64,000 nt of DNA from Pseudogymnoascus verrucosus (Eukaryota), in assembly GCA_001662655.1 (NCBI GenBank), contig KV460265.1. One strand, 5' to 3'. Both the position numbers and the translations under genes were made by a program. Shown here piece after piece: positions 53,301 through 64,000 of the stretch. Each line of letters starts with the position of its first letter. Position 1 is the stretch's first letter. The notes beneath the pieces were generated by a model. The model saw nothing but the letters and a program-made list of their open reading frames with translations, was not told the origin of the DNA and searched no databases.

Positions 53301-55008
53301 GTGAAGTGAAGGGCGTAGGTGCGTGCGTGCAGCATACCCACCATACCTTATGGGCGAGTACCCTACTCTGCCCATCATACCTCCCTGTGCAGTACAGCCG
53401 AGATGAAAGGGAGCCGGCAGCGCGGAACGAGGCGGTTCGCAAGATTGGACTGATAGTCTGGGGATAATTTGGTATTTCACCGCGTGGGGATCGCTGGGTT
53501 AGTTACCAAGCGTGGTAGGATACTCGTACCTCGAAAAATAAACCACAGCGGAGGAAAAGAGAGCTCTGGAGAAACCCTACGGATATTCCGTACGGTACTC
53601 TTCTTTTCCATATATCCACCAACGGCTTCCTCAGTTGAGTAGCGTAGAGTAGCCGTAAAGTGGTGTATCCAGCGAACGGTCACTTGTCCCGAAACACAAG
53701 CGCGAGGGCACGACGATACCAAGATACCACATGGGCGGTCACCGTCTTCCAACTGGCGGGTTGGATTTAAGAATGTTCTTCGTGTCCTCGACCCCTTGTC
53801 AGTACAGATGTGGAGTCGCTGTACAGGTATAGTTTCTTGTGAGGATGCCTGTCCCTTCCCCAACCCACCAACAGGCCCCTGTCGCCACCATCATAGGGTA
53901 GAGTACTGTGCAGTAAGTCTTTTCATTTCATGCATGGGAGGAAGAAGCAGGAGATTGATTGTTCCCGATCACACCATCGACGTGTGTGCGTGCATGCAAT
54001 GCCCACGTATCATACAGGAACATACAGGACAACAGCAGCTCCAAAGCTCGAAGATCCGCATATGCTCGAATTCAAGTATGCCCGAGCCGTCTTAACGAAG
54101 GAGCGCACGAACGACGGTGTGGAATTTTGCGGCGGATTAATAGGACAGTTATGATGATGATGCGCAATGCGGAGCTAATGCGGAGGGAACTGAGACCCCC
54201 TGGGAAGGCGCCATGATAGACAGAAAGAGGTACCACACTCTCTACGTCGATTTTTCTTGGGATCGTCCTGACCCTGCCGGATAGCCAGATACCATTATGG
54301 CAACCCGTGGCGCCGTATCGAGGCATTGAACAGACACCTGGCGGGTTTGGGTCAGCACGAGCCGCATATAGAGGTGAGAGACAGGAAGTATACAGGTCCC
54401 ACTATCTACCGGCATCCGCTTCGTTGCATTGCTTGCACTCACATTTTCTCTCCGATCCCCACCATTTCATCCCGACCACTCCATCGTCCCTGCTATTCAT
54501 TCCTAGTCCCGGCGTCTGATGCCGTCACTTCCTTCCCACCTCTAGGCCACACTCCCAATCGTGTTCCTCAATGGCTAGCTCAACGCCCCAGCTCTGCTTC
54601 CTCTCCAGCTCCCTCCCCCAATTTACCCGTTCCGCCGCTCCAGTTCCAATTCCAATTCCAACAGAACCTCCCCCCCGTTTCATCTCCCCTCCCTCCCTCC
54701 CTCCACGTCCCCCCTGCCTTCCCGGAAGATAAAAAGCAAAAAAAAAGTACAAAGCCGGCCACCCTCCCCACGTCCCCCCATCCCAATCCAAACACCCATC
54801 CCACTCTCACACTCACCTCGCCCACATCCCACACACATCCCCACGCACACCCCACGCCTACCCCACGAGGTCGCCGCAAAACAAGGCCAGGAAAAAGAAA
54901 TTATACCCGCCCGCTCCCGCAACCAGATCTCAGATCAGAAATCGCCCCTTTGGGCTGCCTGCTTAAGTTTTTATTCGCTTGCCCCGCACGCCACACGAGC
55001 TGAACGCC

Positions 55009-56703
55009 ATGGCTCCATGCGCCACTTCTGAGGAGCCACAGGGCTTGATGTCCTCGGTGTCGATGGTGGAAGAGAGGGTGATAACGAAGGCGGTGACAAT
55101 GCCGATTCAGGCTTCTGTGTTGCACGGGCCAAGGGATATTAGACTTGTAAGACTTTCTTTCTTGTTCTGTTCTGTTGTTTCCATTTTTATTGGGGTTGGT
55201 CGTGAGGGTTTTATCTTTTCTGTTGTTTATTGTATTTGTTGTTGGTTGTTGAAGGTTTTGGTGTGTGATTGATTATTCTGTGTGTGTGGGATATATTATT
55301 TTGTTGTCACATTTGTTTATTCACCTGTCCATCTTCATCACATAAGGCTATACTACTCTTACCTCTCTCCTTTACCCGACGCATATATAGTTTATTCTCA
55401 CATTATATTTATTTCTCACTTCATACCCGTCACTTACCACCCATATTAACACACTCAGGAAACCCGCCACATCGCACCTCCTCAGGATGACGAGCTCCAG
55501 ATCGCCATCAAAGCCACAGGTATCTGCGGCTCCGACGTGAGCTACTACAAGAAGTTTGCCAACGGTGACCTCTGCGCCTGCTCTCCTCTCTCCCTTGGTC
55601 ATGAATCATCAGGTGTCGTCGTCGCCATAGGCTCTCATGTGAAGAATTTCACCCTCGGCGACCGCGTCGCGCTCGAGGTTGGAATCCCCTGTGGTAACTG
55701 CGGAGTTTGCAGAGAAGGCCGGTACAACCTGTGCAAGAAGATGAGGTTTAGGAGTTCGGCAAAGAGCGTGCCGCATTTCCAGGGTACGTTGCAAGAGAGG
55801 ATTAATCACCCAGCGAGATGGTGCTATAAGTGAGTTCCCTGCTTTACTCTCACCACCAGAACCCTCCTAACACCCCCCAGACTCCCTGACACTGTCTCCT
55901 TCGCCGCCGCCGCCCTACTCGAACCCCTCTCCGTCGCCATCCACGCCGTAACCCGTGCCTCCGTCACCTCCGGCACCTCAGCCCTTGTCCTCGGTGCCGG
56001 CACCGTCGGCCTCCTCACCGCCGCCATGGCCCGTCAGTCCGGCTGCCACACCGTGACAATCGCCGATCTCTCCGCTCCCCGCGTCGCCTACGCTCTCGCC
56101 CACGGCTTCGCAACCCACGGCTACGTCGTCCCGCCCTCCTCGCTCTCCCCATCTACTACCTCATCCGGCACTTCCACACCCGCATCCTCCTCCACCGCGC
56201 CGCTCAGCACGCCCATCTCGAGGTACGCGGAGACGACGCTACAGCTTGCTGCTGCAAAGGCACTAGCGGCTGAGTTAATCGGCGTCACACAGAAGGCGCC
56301 TGAAGATGATGACATGGATGATGTTGGTGTGGACTACACCTTCGAGTGCACTGGCGTGGAGGCATGCATGCAGACATCTCTATACGCGACGCGCCCGGGC
56401 GGAAAGGCTGTGATCGTCGGCATGGGTACACCAATCCAAACGCTCCCGCTGTCTGCGGCGCAGCTGCGGGAGGTGGATTTGGTTGGTGTCTTTAGGTACG
56501 CGAATACATACGAGCGGGCCATCCGTGTGGTTGAGGGTGGCGCGCGGATGAGGGCCCAAGGGCTGGGCGGGTTCCCGGATCTGGATGGCATGGTGACGCA
56601 TCGGATCAAAGGGCTTGGAGACGCGCAGAAGGGGATGGAGTTGGCGTGTCGGACGATGGATAGGGAGGGAGGGTTGGTGGTTAAGGTTGTTATTGAGACA
56701 TAA
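55009..56703 (+). CDS. Zinc-dependent polyol (sorbitol/xylitol) dehydrogenase-like protein (3 exons)
   Basis: ASVLHGPRDIRL|E, GICGSD, LGHESSG, structural Zn CGNCGVCREGRYNLC, LLEPLSVAIH, GAGTVG and FECTGVE. Introns at 55147-55458 and about 55830-55880. Confidence 0.9.
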
Positions 56704-57253
56704 AGGGGCGGGAGAAAGAGGAGGAATGGAGACGGATTAATGGGTATTTGGGCGTCTTGGGGCTGTTTCGGGTCTGGCTTGACTTCAATGATCTGGGGTT
56801 TGATCAATTACTTGGGTGTTTGCCATTCCTGGGGGATCTTGGGATTTATTTCTTTGCTGTTTACGTCCATTTTGGTTTTATTTAGATAGCCAGGGTGGGA
56901 AAGGGGCCAAAAGAAGCCAAGGGGGGAAGTTAAAAATTCTGCACAACGATCTACCTCGATTATGCGAGGATATGGGAAGGGAATAGGGGTTTTGGACACA
57001 ATGGGATGAAATTTATAGGGATTTATGGGATTTATGGTGTGGGTTTACCAAAGATAGAAATGAATGAATGATATGAAACATTGACGTGTCTATCTATTTA
57101 ATAGTGCTAGTGTGATTATAGAAGCTCGGTGGCCATGTCGAGCTGATAATGTAAATGCAAGCCTCCTCGTAACGACTAAATAAATAGACGACCGGAATTG
57201 TTTATTGTGAGGCATGATAAATTTCGTTATTTAAAGAGGCAACACTCAAACCC

Positions 57254-60200
57254 CTAATCCCGCGGATACGATTCGATTAAATCCAAAATCGACTCCATAA
57301 CTGTAGTTTCCACCCAGCGATGAGTCACCCTTAGCTTTTTCCAACGCTCGTCCTCCAAATTCGCAGTCGCTCCCCACTTTAGCAGCAACTTGACCATGTC
57401 TTCATGGCCCCCTTTCGCCGCCGCCCGTAGCGCAGTTTGCGAATGCCTGCCCTCCGCATTCACGTCCGCCCCCTCCTCCAGCAGCAACCGCGCCACCGCT
57501 ACGTGTCCCTGCGACGCAGCGAACTGCAGTGCGAACATATTCCTAGTGTCGCCCCTGTACTTCTCACGCGGGGCGTTGACATCCGCTCCATTTTTGAGTA
57601 GCAGCCGCACGACCGCCTCATGGCCGTAATAGCATGCGGCTTGCAGCGCGTTGCCGCCTGATTCGGCATCGCCCCCCGGGGCGTTGACGTTGGCGCCTTT
57701 CTCGAGCAGGAGCGCGACGATCGCCTCGTGCCCTGAGCCAGTGGCGGCTTGGAGCGGAGGCCCCCAACGTTTCTCACAATTGACATCGGCCCCGTTTTGT
57801 AACATTAGCTTGACGATAGCCATGTACCCTAGACGTGACGCCTCATTAAGCACGCCCTTGGCGTTTACATCTGCCCCGTTCTCAATGAGTAACTTGACAA
57901 TATCCTCGTGCCCTGCTCTCGTAGCTGCGTGAAGAGCGTTATATTCAGTCCCACCCTTGGGATTCACCTCGACCTTCGGCGCCTTATTCTGGAGTAGCAG
58001 TTTTACAACTCCTATATGTCCCCTATCTGAAGCTACGGAAAGCGCGTTGCCATGCCGATCACTACTTCGAGCATTTACGTCGACTCCCTTATCGAGCAAT
58101 ATTTTGACGATGGCGGTGTATCCTCCAGCTGCAGCGGCATGGAGCGGATTTGTGGATTCGCCACGTCTAGCGTTAACCTCAGCTCCCGCATTGAGCAGCG
58201 CTATGACAACTTGTACGTGCCCTGCAGCTGAAGCTGAGGATAGTGCAGTCGACTGCTCCCGGTATGATTCATTCTTAGCGTTAACATTCGCCCCCCTCTC
58301 GAGCAGCAGTTTGACTACTGTAAGGTGTCCTCCGTGTGAAGCTGCCTGAAGAGCCGGAGTGGAGTAGTCTCCACCCTGGGAGTTAATATTCGCACCTTTA
58401 TTCAGTAACGTATTGACGACTGGTTCATGTCCCATCAGGGACGCTTGATATAGCGCTGTGTCGCCACCGCCCCCCCGTTCTTCAATACTCGTGCCATCCT
58501 CTAGAAGTCTATTAACTAGTACCAATAGTCCAAACTTTGCCGCAACTACAATAGCTGGAGCCTCTCTACCAAAGAATTGTTCCCCTGAAATTATACCCAA
58601 CCTTCCGTCTGATCTAGCGATCTCCGGAGATACCAACGCCATTTGCACGGAGCTAGACAGCAGCTTTTCATTTTTTAGAAAATCTAGTGCCAGATCTTGT
58701 AAAGAAGTGTTTTCCTCTGGCTTTCCCCTTAAATGATCACCCCAAAATATAGAGGCGTACTCGACAAAGGGAAACATGGATAGCCGGTCAAATATTGGGT
58801 CATCTAACTCGGAAGAAGATCCGTCGGCAAACACATCAAGAAACAGATAAGTGAGGCACCTATCTGATATCTCCTCCTCCGCAGTTGAGAGTAGTGTCAC
58901 CTCCAGCGTTTTCAGGTACTCTTGCACCGTCGGATGCGCCACGGATACGATCTGACTCTCTTCGCGTATGGTAAGGAGACCGGCAGATCTATCGATGAAG
59001 GTCTGTAACCAAGATCCCGCGTTGGATTCCACAATTCTCTGAAGCCTCGATGCTGACGTGTTCTTGGGTTTGACGGCTAAGATGTGACATATCTCGTCGA
59101 CTCGAAGAGGCCTCTTCGCAAAATATACCCATTTGAGTATGATATTGATTATATCCTTATCTCTAGCTTCGCTCATTCTTTCTATCCTTTCGATGGACAT
59201 TTTGTAATAATCGTTCACATTTTCCGATAGGGAACCTAAAGCGTCGATGACATCCTCGACTGTATACTCTGTTTCCAAATGATCTATCTGCATCTTCGCG
59301 AGCTGGAATCTAGTGATATATTAGAAATACACTTCAGCAACGTAGCGCATCTAGTAACTCACATTTTGCGTGCTTTTTTAGGTATAGTTGCCAACATCTT
59401 CGTACGCAAATCTGGTCGTTTTTCAACCCATGATTTCCAGGCGGAATTTGTTTTGATTGCCCTTTCAATATACGCATGAATGTCCATCTCGCTTGCCTCG
59501 ATATCTACGTTCTCTCCTCCGAGCTCTTGAGCAACATCGTGATCTGGTCTCGATGTGATAAAAATCCGAAGTGTCGTCCTTGTAGAGCTGAGCGATAGTA
59601 GCTCCTGCACGAATAGCTTCTTCTCATATTCAGACTTCGAAAACTCATCTAGTGCGTCGACCATTAAATATACGGCCGAGAACGAATCCAACAATTCCGA
59701 CAAGAATGAAGTGTATTGGTCTAGAGTTGCTGGTTGTGTAACATGCTTAGCGTTGAACTTTTTAACCTGGCTTACTGCAGATAAATCTTGCGCAGCCAAT
59801 TGCTGAATTATAGCTGGGATGAATTTAAGGACTGTTTGTTCGGCTTCGTTCTGAAATCTGCAGTAGAGATAGACAAGGCCAACACGTTTGTCTGGTTGGG
59901 TTTCTCTTTGGCTCTTAAGATAAGAGTCGACATGATCAATCACAACCGATCTAGTTCATAGTAAGCTGTATGTCAACTAGATGAAGTTCGGCCAGAAATC
60001 CTAACTTACGTTAAGAATGTCTTTCCAGCACCACCTGGCATGAATATGTCAGACCTCCGTTCAAGAAATATAATTTCGATGACTGCTTACCTTTTCCCGG
60101 GCACCACAGAGTTAAGATGTCTCCACGGAGCCATTTGTCAAAGTTTGGATGTTCAAGTAACCACTGCCCCGAATTTTCCAACCTGTTTATTACAACATCA

Positions 60201-61399
60201 TCGTGCGTTTTCTTAAACGTCAGAGGTGACATATCGTGTAGCGCTTTCCGGGTTACTGCCTCATTCTCTCTTCTCAGAATAGTTGCCGACGCTGCCCCAT
60301 GTACTGCCATGTCAAAATTTTGGCGAGCATCTTGTAACGACTTCATGGCTGTATTCACATGGTCTGTTGTGACTTGGTCCCAAACTCTTTGAACGAAATT
60401 CCTTTGTAAGAACTGGATACTGATCCGCAAAAAATCCGTGATAGCAGCGAGTAGATTGGTGGCCTTCACTAAGATGGAATCTGTCCCATTGTCCAATTCA
60501 AAATTTAAGGAACTCACGCTATTCAGAAACTGTTGATGATCTGATAATTCCTCGAGACCTTCGACGACAGCCACTGAACTGCTATGATCATTGGAGGCTA
60601 GCTGTATTTCGTTCAGCGACTAACTTCAAATCAAAGGCCTTAGGCTGGGACTTACCGTTACGACTTGACTGAGAGCATTAGCAGTAATTTTCAGCGGTAA
60701 CAAGCCAGCTGCCTATGAAGATGTTAGATAGTTCTTAATCACAGAACGGTTTGGACATACATCTGCAGAGAACGAGACCACCCCGAGTACAACACTGAGA
60801 ACGGGGAACACCTTCGACATGCAAATTCTTGTCCTGCCAGATATTGTGTCTTGCTGAGCTTCATCCTTTAGCAAGGCTTTTGCGATGACCCTGCTGTATG
60901 AGTCTGCGGATGTCAAGGGCTCATTGCTAGCTACAGCCACGGCTTGCTTAACGGCGTCATCTCCCACGGAGACACCCTCGTAATATTGAGCACTCTCTTT
61001 CAAGGTAGCATGTAGATTCCCGAATGATTCCTCGAGCATCCGTTGTGCCTTTACCAGTGACTGGCCGGGGTTATTCACCTGAGAAAATGGGCCATCTACA
61101 AGAAATTAGACTCTGAATCTTTAGTAACCCCCCTGAATGAGTCCACTATAGGGATACTTGCTTCTCAAAGATTTAGTTATCTCCTCCTGAGCTTCGCCTA
61201 CACTTATAGGGTCTGCTTGCGCTGATGCTATAGTCGGTTTCTGGCCAGCCTGTACTACCGCTGGCGGTGGCGGCGTTGTTGACTGGGTATTCGAGCTGGT
61301 AGAGATATGCTGATTTCCTGTCTTGGCTCCGTCTTTTTCACCTACTTCCCCCTTTTTGGGGCGAAATTTGGAAATTAAACGCGAACCAAACGCCATCAT
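57254..61399 (-). CDS. NACHT-ankyrin NLR-like protein (about 7 exons, about 12 ankyrin repeats)
   Basis: LWCPGKG|GAGKTFLT Walker A split over a 25-nt micro-exon, YLMVDALDE Walker B, IFITSRP, AHPTVQEYL, YASIFWGDH, then about 12 repeats of type ALQAAxxGHxxVVxLLLxxGAxVNA. Confidence 0.9.
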
Positions 61400-62345
61400 A
61401 AAAGACTGTGAGCAGTCGCGGAGAGCTACACGAGAAACTAGGATCTATAGCCTCAATGGTCTGTATTCTTCGATATTGACCACCGAAGAGCTCAGGAGGA
61501 AGATGAAACCAACCATGCTGGACAAGGCTGCATATTCGGCGGGGTAACCCACGCCAAGCATAATTTGGACCCCACGACATGCAGCAAGAGGGCAGTTGAA
61601 CATGGTGTGAACATTGTGTGCATATTTTTCTTGCCCTCCTAAGTTGTTGAAAGTTGAGAAAAGAGAGAGCTTATTGCATGAAGCGTGAGGCTTTGCGACC
61701 ACGGCGCCAACATACCACCGGCGACATGTGGCCATCACGGGCTTCAATGAGGGCTGAAGTGGACTGGACAGAAATCATCGCAATGCAAGACACGCACTCA
61801 AAACTGAGATTTATGACCTACCCACAAGTGATATAAGTACCTTATTAATATGATAAATCTTCTAGTTTCTTCTTTAGCTGTAATCTACAGCACAATATAT
61901 TATTTTGATAATGCTGAATTATCAAAATATTATACGACGGCTTTGGTGAAATAATAACAACCACGTGACTAGCACACTACCACGGCTTAATTCTCAATTA
62001 AGCGTCCTCAACCAATCAAATAATTAGATTTTATCGGCCGTCGGACCCGTCACCGCTTATCCCCCAACCAATTACAGCCAATCATAGTCTGCCGATATCC
62101 ATAATTACTGTACTTGTGCATACAAAGACTGAGGGACCAGCATTTTTTTACGCGAGACCAAGTTCCGATCTCGTCGTCCCGCCTCCATCTTCCTCTTCCA
62201 ATCCTCAATCCAACACAGTCCTCCCCACCAAAACAACAACCTTCACCGCTGTCAATTCAAAAGCTCAATTATATTTACATAAGGGATATTTGAATGATAT
62301 CCCCAATTTATTAGCTGCTAAGCTGTGTTTCTTCACGTTGCGTCT

Positions 62346-62689
62346 ATGAGTGCGCGCCCGTCAGTCTTCACTTCGCAGGTATGTGTCACTCTTTTTCTTC
62401 ACCGAGCGGCGTTGTCGTGGCGGATGGCGGCGCCAGTCACCGCTTCCCTGCCACGTCAATGAGGGTCGGGGATGTGGGATCTCCTTCATCTATACCGTAC
62501 TCTTTAGCTGGCTCTCTCTTCTTTCTGCTCTCGTCGGAAAAGGCTTCGTGGGAACCCTGGCTAATGACTCGGTCATAGGATTACATTTCAGGTGCGCACA
62601 CGAGCAAACCCCCTCCAACCGCCACATCCCGCAGCAACATCATGCTAACCCACTGGATAGATCACATCTGGAAAGCTTCAGTAAATTGA
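62346..62689 (+). CDS. Arginine attenuator peptide uORF, 24 aa, MSARPSVFTSQDYISDHIWKASVN (3 exons)
   Basis: Exons 62346-62378, 62579-62591 and 62661-62689 with GT-AG introns and CTAAT/CTAAC branch sites. Strongly resembles the Neurospora arg-2 AAP (MNGRPSVFTSQDYLSDHLWRALNA). Confidence 0.95.
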
Positions 62690-62748
62690 CGAATCGTCGA
62701 TCAACCATATAACACCACTTTTACAAACAACAAAACTTCCACTACGAC

Positions 62749-64000
62749 ATGCTTGCTCGCTTTTCCAAGCAGGCCCTGAGGGGCGCGGGAATCGCGCTCA
62801 ATGGCCGCTTGGTTTCGCAGCAGGCTAGGTTCCTGGCCACTGTCGAGCCGACCGTTGGCAGGACCATGCCTGTGACCAGGCCAAGGGCCACTCCGATTGC
62901 CCATGATCGGGCTACGTTCACTATCAGGGTATGTTGAAAGTGGCGGTGTGGGGAGAAGACAACAAAAAGGAATATTTTCTAACGAAGACAACAGGACGGC
63001 CCAGTCTTTCACGGCAAATCCTTCGGAGCCAAGTCCAACATCTCCGGCGAGGCCGTCTTCACGACCTCCCTCGTCGGCTACCCGGAGTCCATGACGGACC
63101 CCTCCTACCGCGGCCAGATCCTCGTCTTCACCCAACCCCTCATCGGGAACTACGGCGTCCCCTCCAACCAACGTGACGAGTACGGACTCCTCAAGTACTT
63201 CGAGTCCCCCAACATCCAGTGCGTCGGCGTCGTCGTCGCCGACTACGCCCTCCAATACAGCCACTGGACAGCCGTTGAATCCCTCTCCGCCTGGTGCGCC
63301 CGCGAAGGCGTCCCCGCCATCTCCGGCGTTGACACCCGCGCCATCGTCACCTACCTCCGCGAGCGCGGCTCCTCCCTCGCCCGCATCACCATCGGCGAGG
63401 AATACGACGCCGACCAAGACGAGGCCTTCGTGGATCCCGAGCAAATCAACCTCGTCAAGCGCGTCTCCACCAAGGCCCCCTTCCACGTCCCCTCCCCTAA
63501 GGGCGACATGCACGTCGCAGTCATCGATTGCGGAGTCAAGGAGAACATCCTCCGCTCCCTCGTCTCCCGCGGCGCATCCGTCACGGTGTTCCCCTTCGAT
63601 TTCCCAATCCACAAGGTCGCGCACCACTTCGACGGTGTTTTCATCTCGAACGGCCCCGGTGACCCAACTCACTGCGCTGATACCGTATACCACCTCCAGC
63701 GCCTTATGGAGACCTCCCAAGTCCCCGTCTTCGGCATCTGTCTCGGCCACCAGCTCCTCGCTCTCGCAGCCGGCGGACGCACAATCAAGCTCAAATACGG
63801 GAACCGCGCCCACAACATCCCCGCTTTGGACCGCACCACCGGGCAATGCCACATCACATCCCAGAACCACGGGTACGCCGTCGACACCTCTACTCTCCCG
63901 GACTACTTCAAGGAGTACTTCGTCAACCTGAACGACGGCTCCAATGAGGGGATGATCCACACCAGCCGCCCGATTTTCAGCACACAGTTCCACCCGGAAG
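62749..64000 (+). CDS. CPA1: Arginine-specific carbamoyl-phosphate synthase small subunit, mitochondrial; runs off the window end
   Basis: Presequence [69 protein letters not shown] and TQFHPE. Intron at 62929-62994. Confidence 0.96.

Noticed and set aside
54150..54196. C/D-box-like ATGATGA...CTGA
   Set aside because: Too short, part of an ATG triplet run, and with no terminal stem or evident rRNA guide.
54326..55003. 225-aa Pro-rich ORF
   Set aside because: Non-ATG start; a by-product of the C-rich promoter/5'UTR of the dehydrogenase.
62701..63993. 430-aa ORF on the minus strand
   Set aside because: Antisense shadow of the strongly codon-biased CPA1 gene, with no recognisable motifs.

Overview
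Gene-dense region of a filamentous ascomycete chromosome. Short GT-AG introns with CTAAC-type branch points are seen directly; a Leotiomycete such as Pseudogymnoascus is my inference and is not verified. Conserved genes: mitochondrial EF-G2 (MEF2), VPS17, an Acinus-like SAP protein, PRS1, an asteroid/XPG-like PIN protein, HGH1, VIP1, UTP21, a CPA2 cation/H+ antiporter, a GH18 chitinase, an OPT transporter, a tRNA-Ser(AGA), a sorbitol-dehydrogenase-like gene, and the 5' part of arg-2/CPA1. Accessory-type genes are interspersed: a 2EXR gene bracketed by two minisatellites, an intronless alpha/beta hydrolase, a PLAC8 gene and two NACHT (NLR-like) genes. Several elements are missed by the ORF track. 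These are a three-exon arginine attenuator peptide uORF before arg-2, a three-exon 153-aa membrane protein next to the tRNA, an antiporter intron lacking its AG acceptor, a probable GC-AG intron in the NACHT-ankyrin gene, a helically phased CACGTG array, and strong alternating C-rich/G-rich blocks. I found no clearly new biological system. The best leads are the two NLR-like genes, the minisatellite-flanked 2EXR gene and the orphan membrane protein. All gene models were read by eye and no database search was run.
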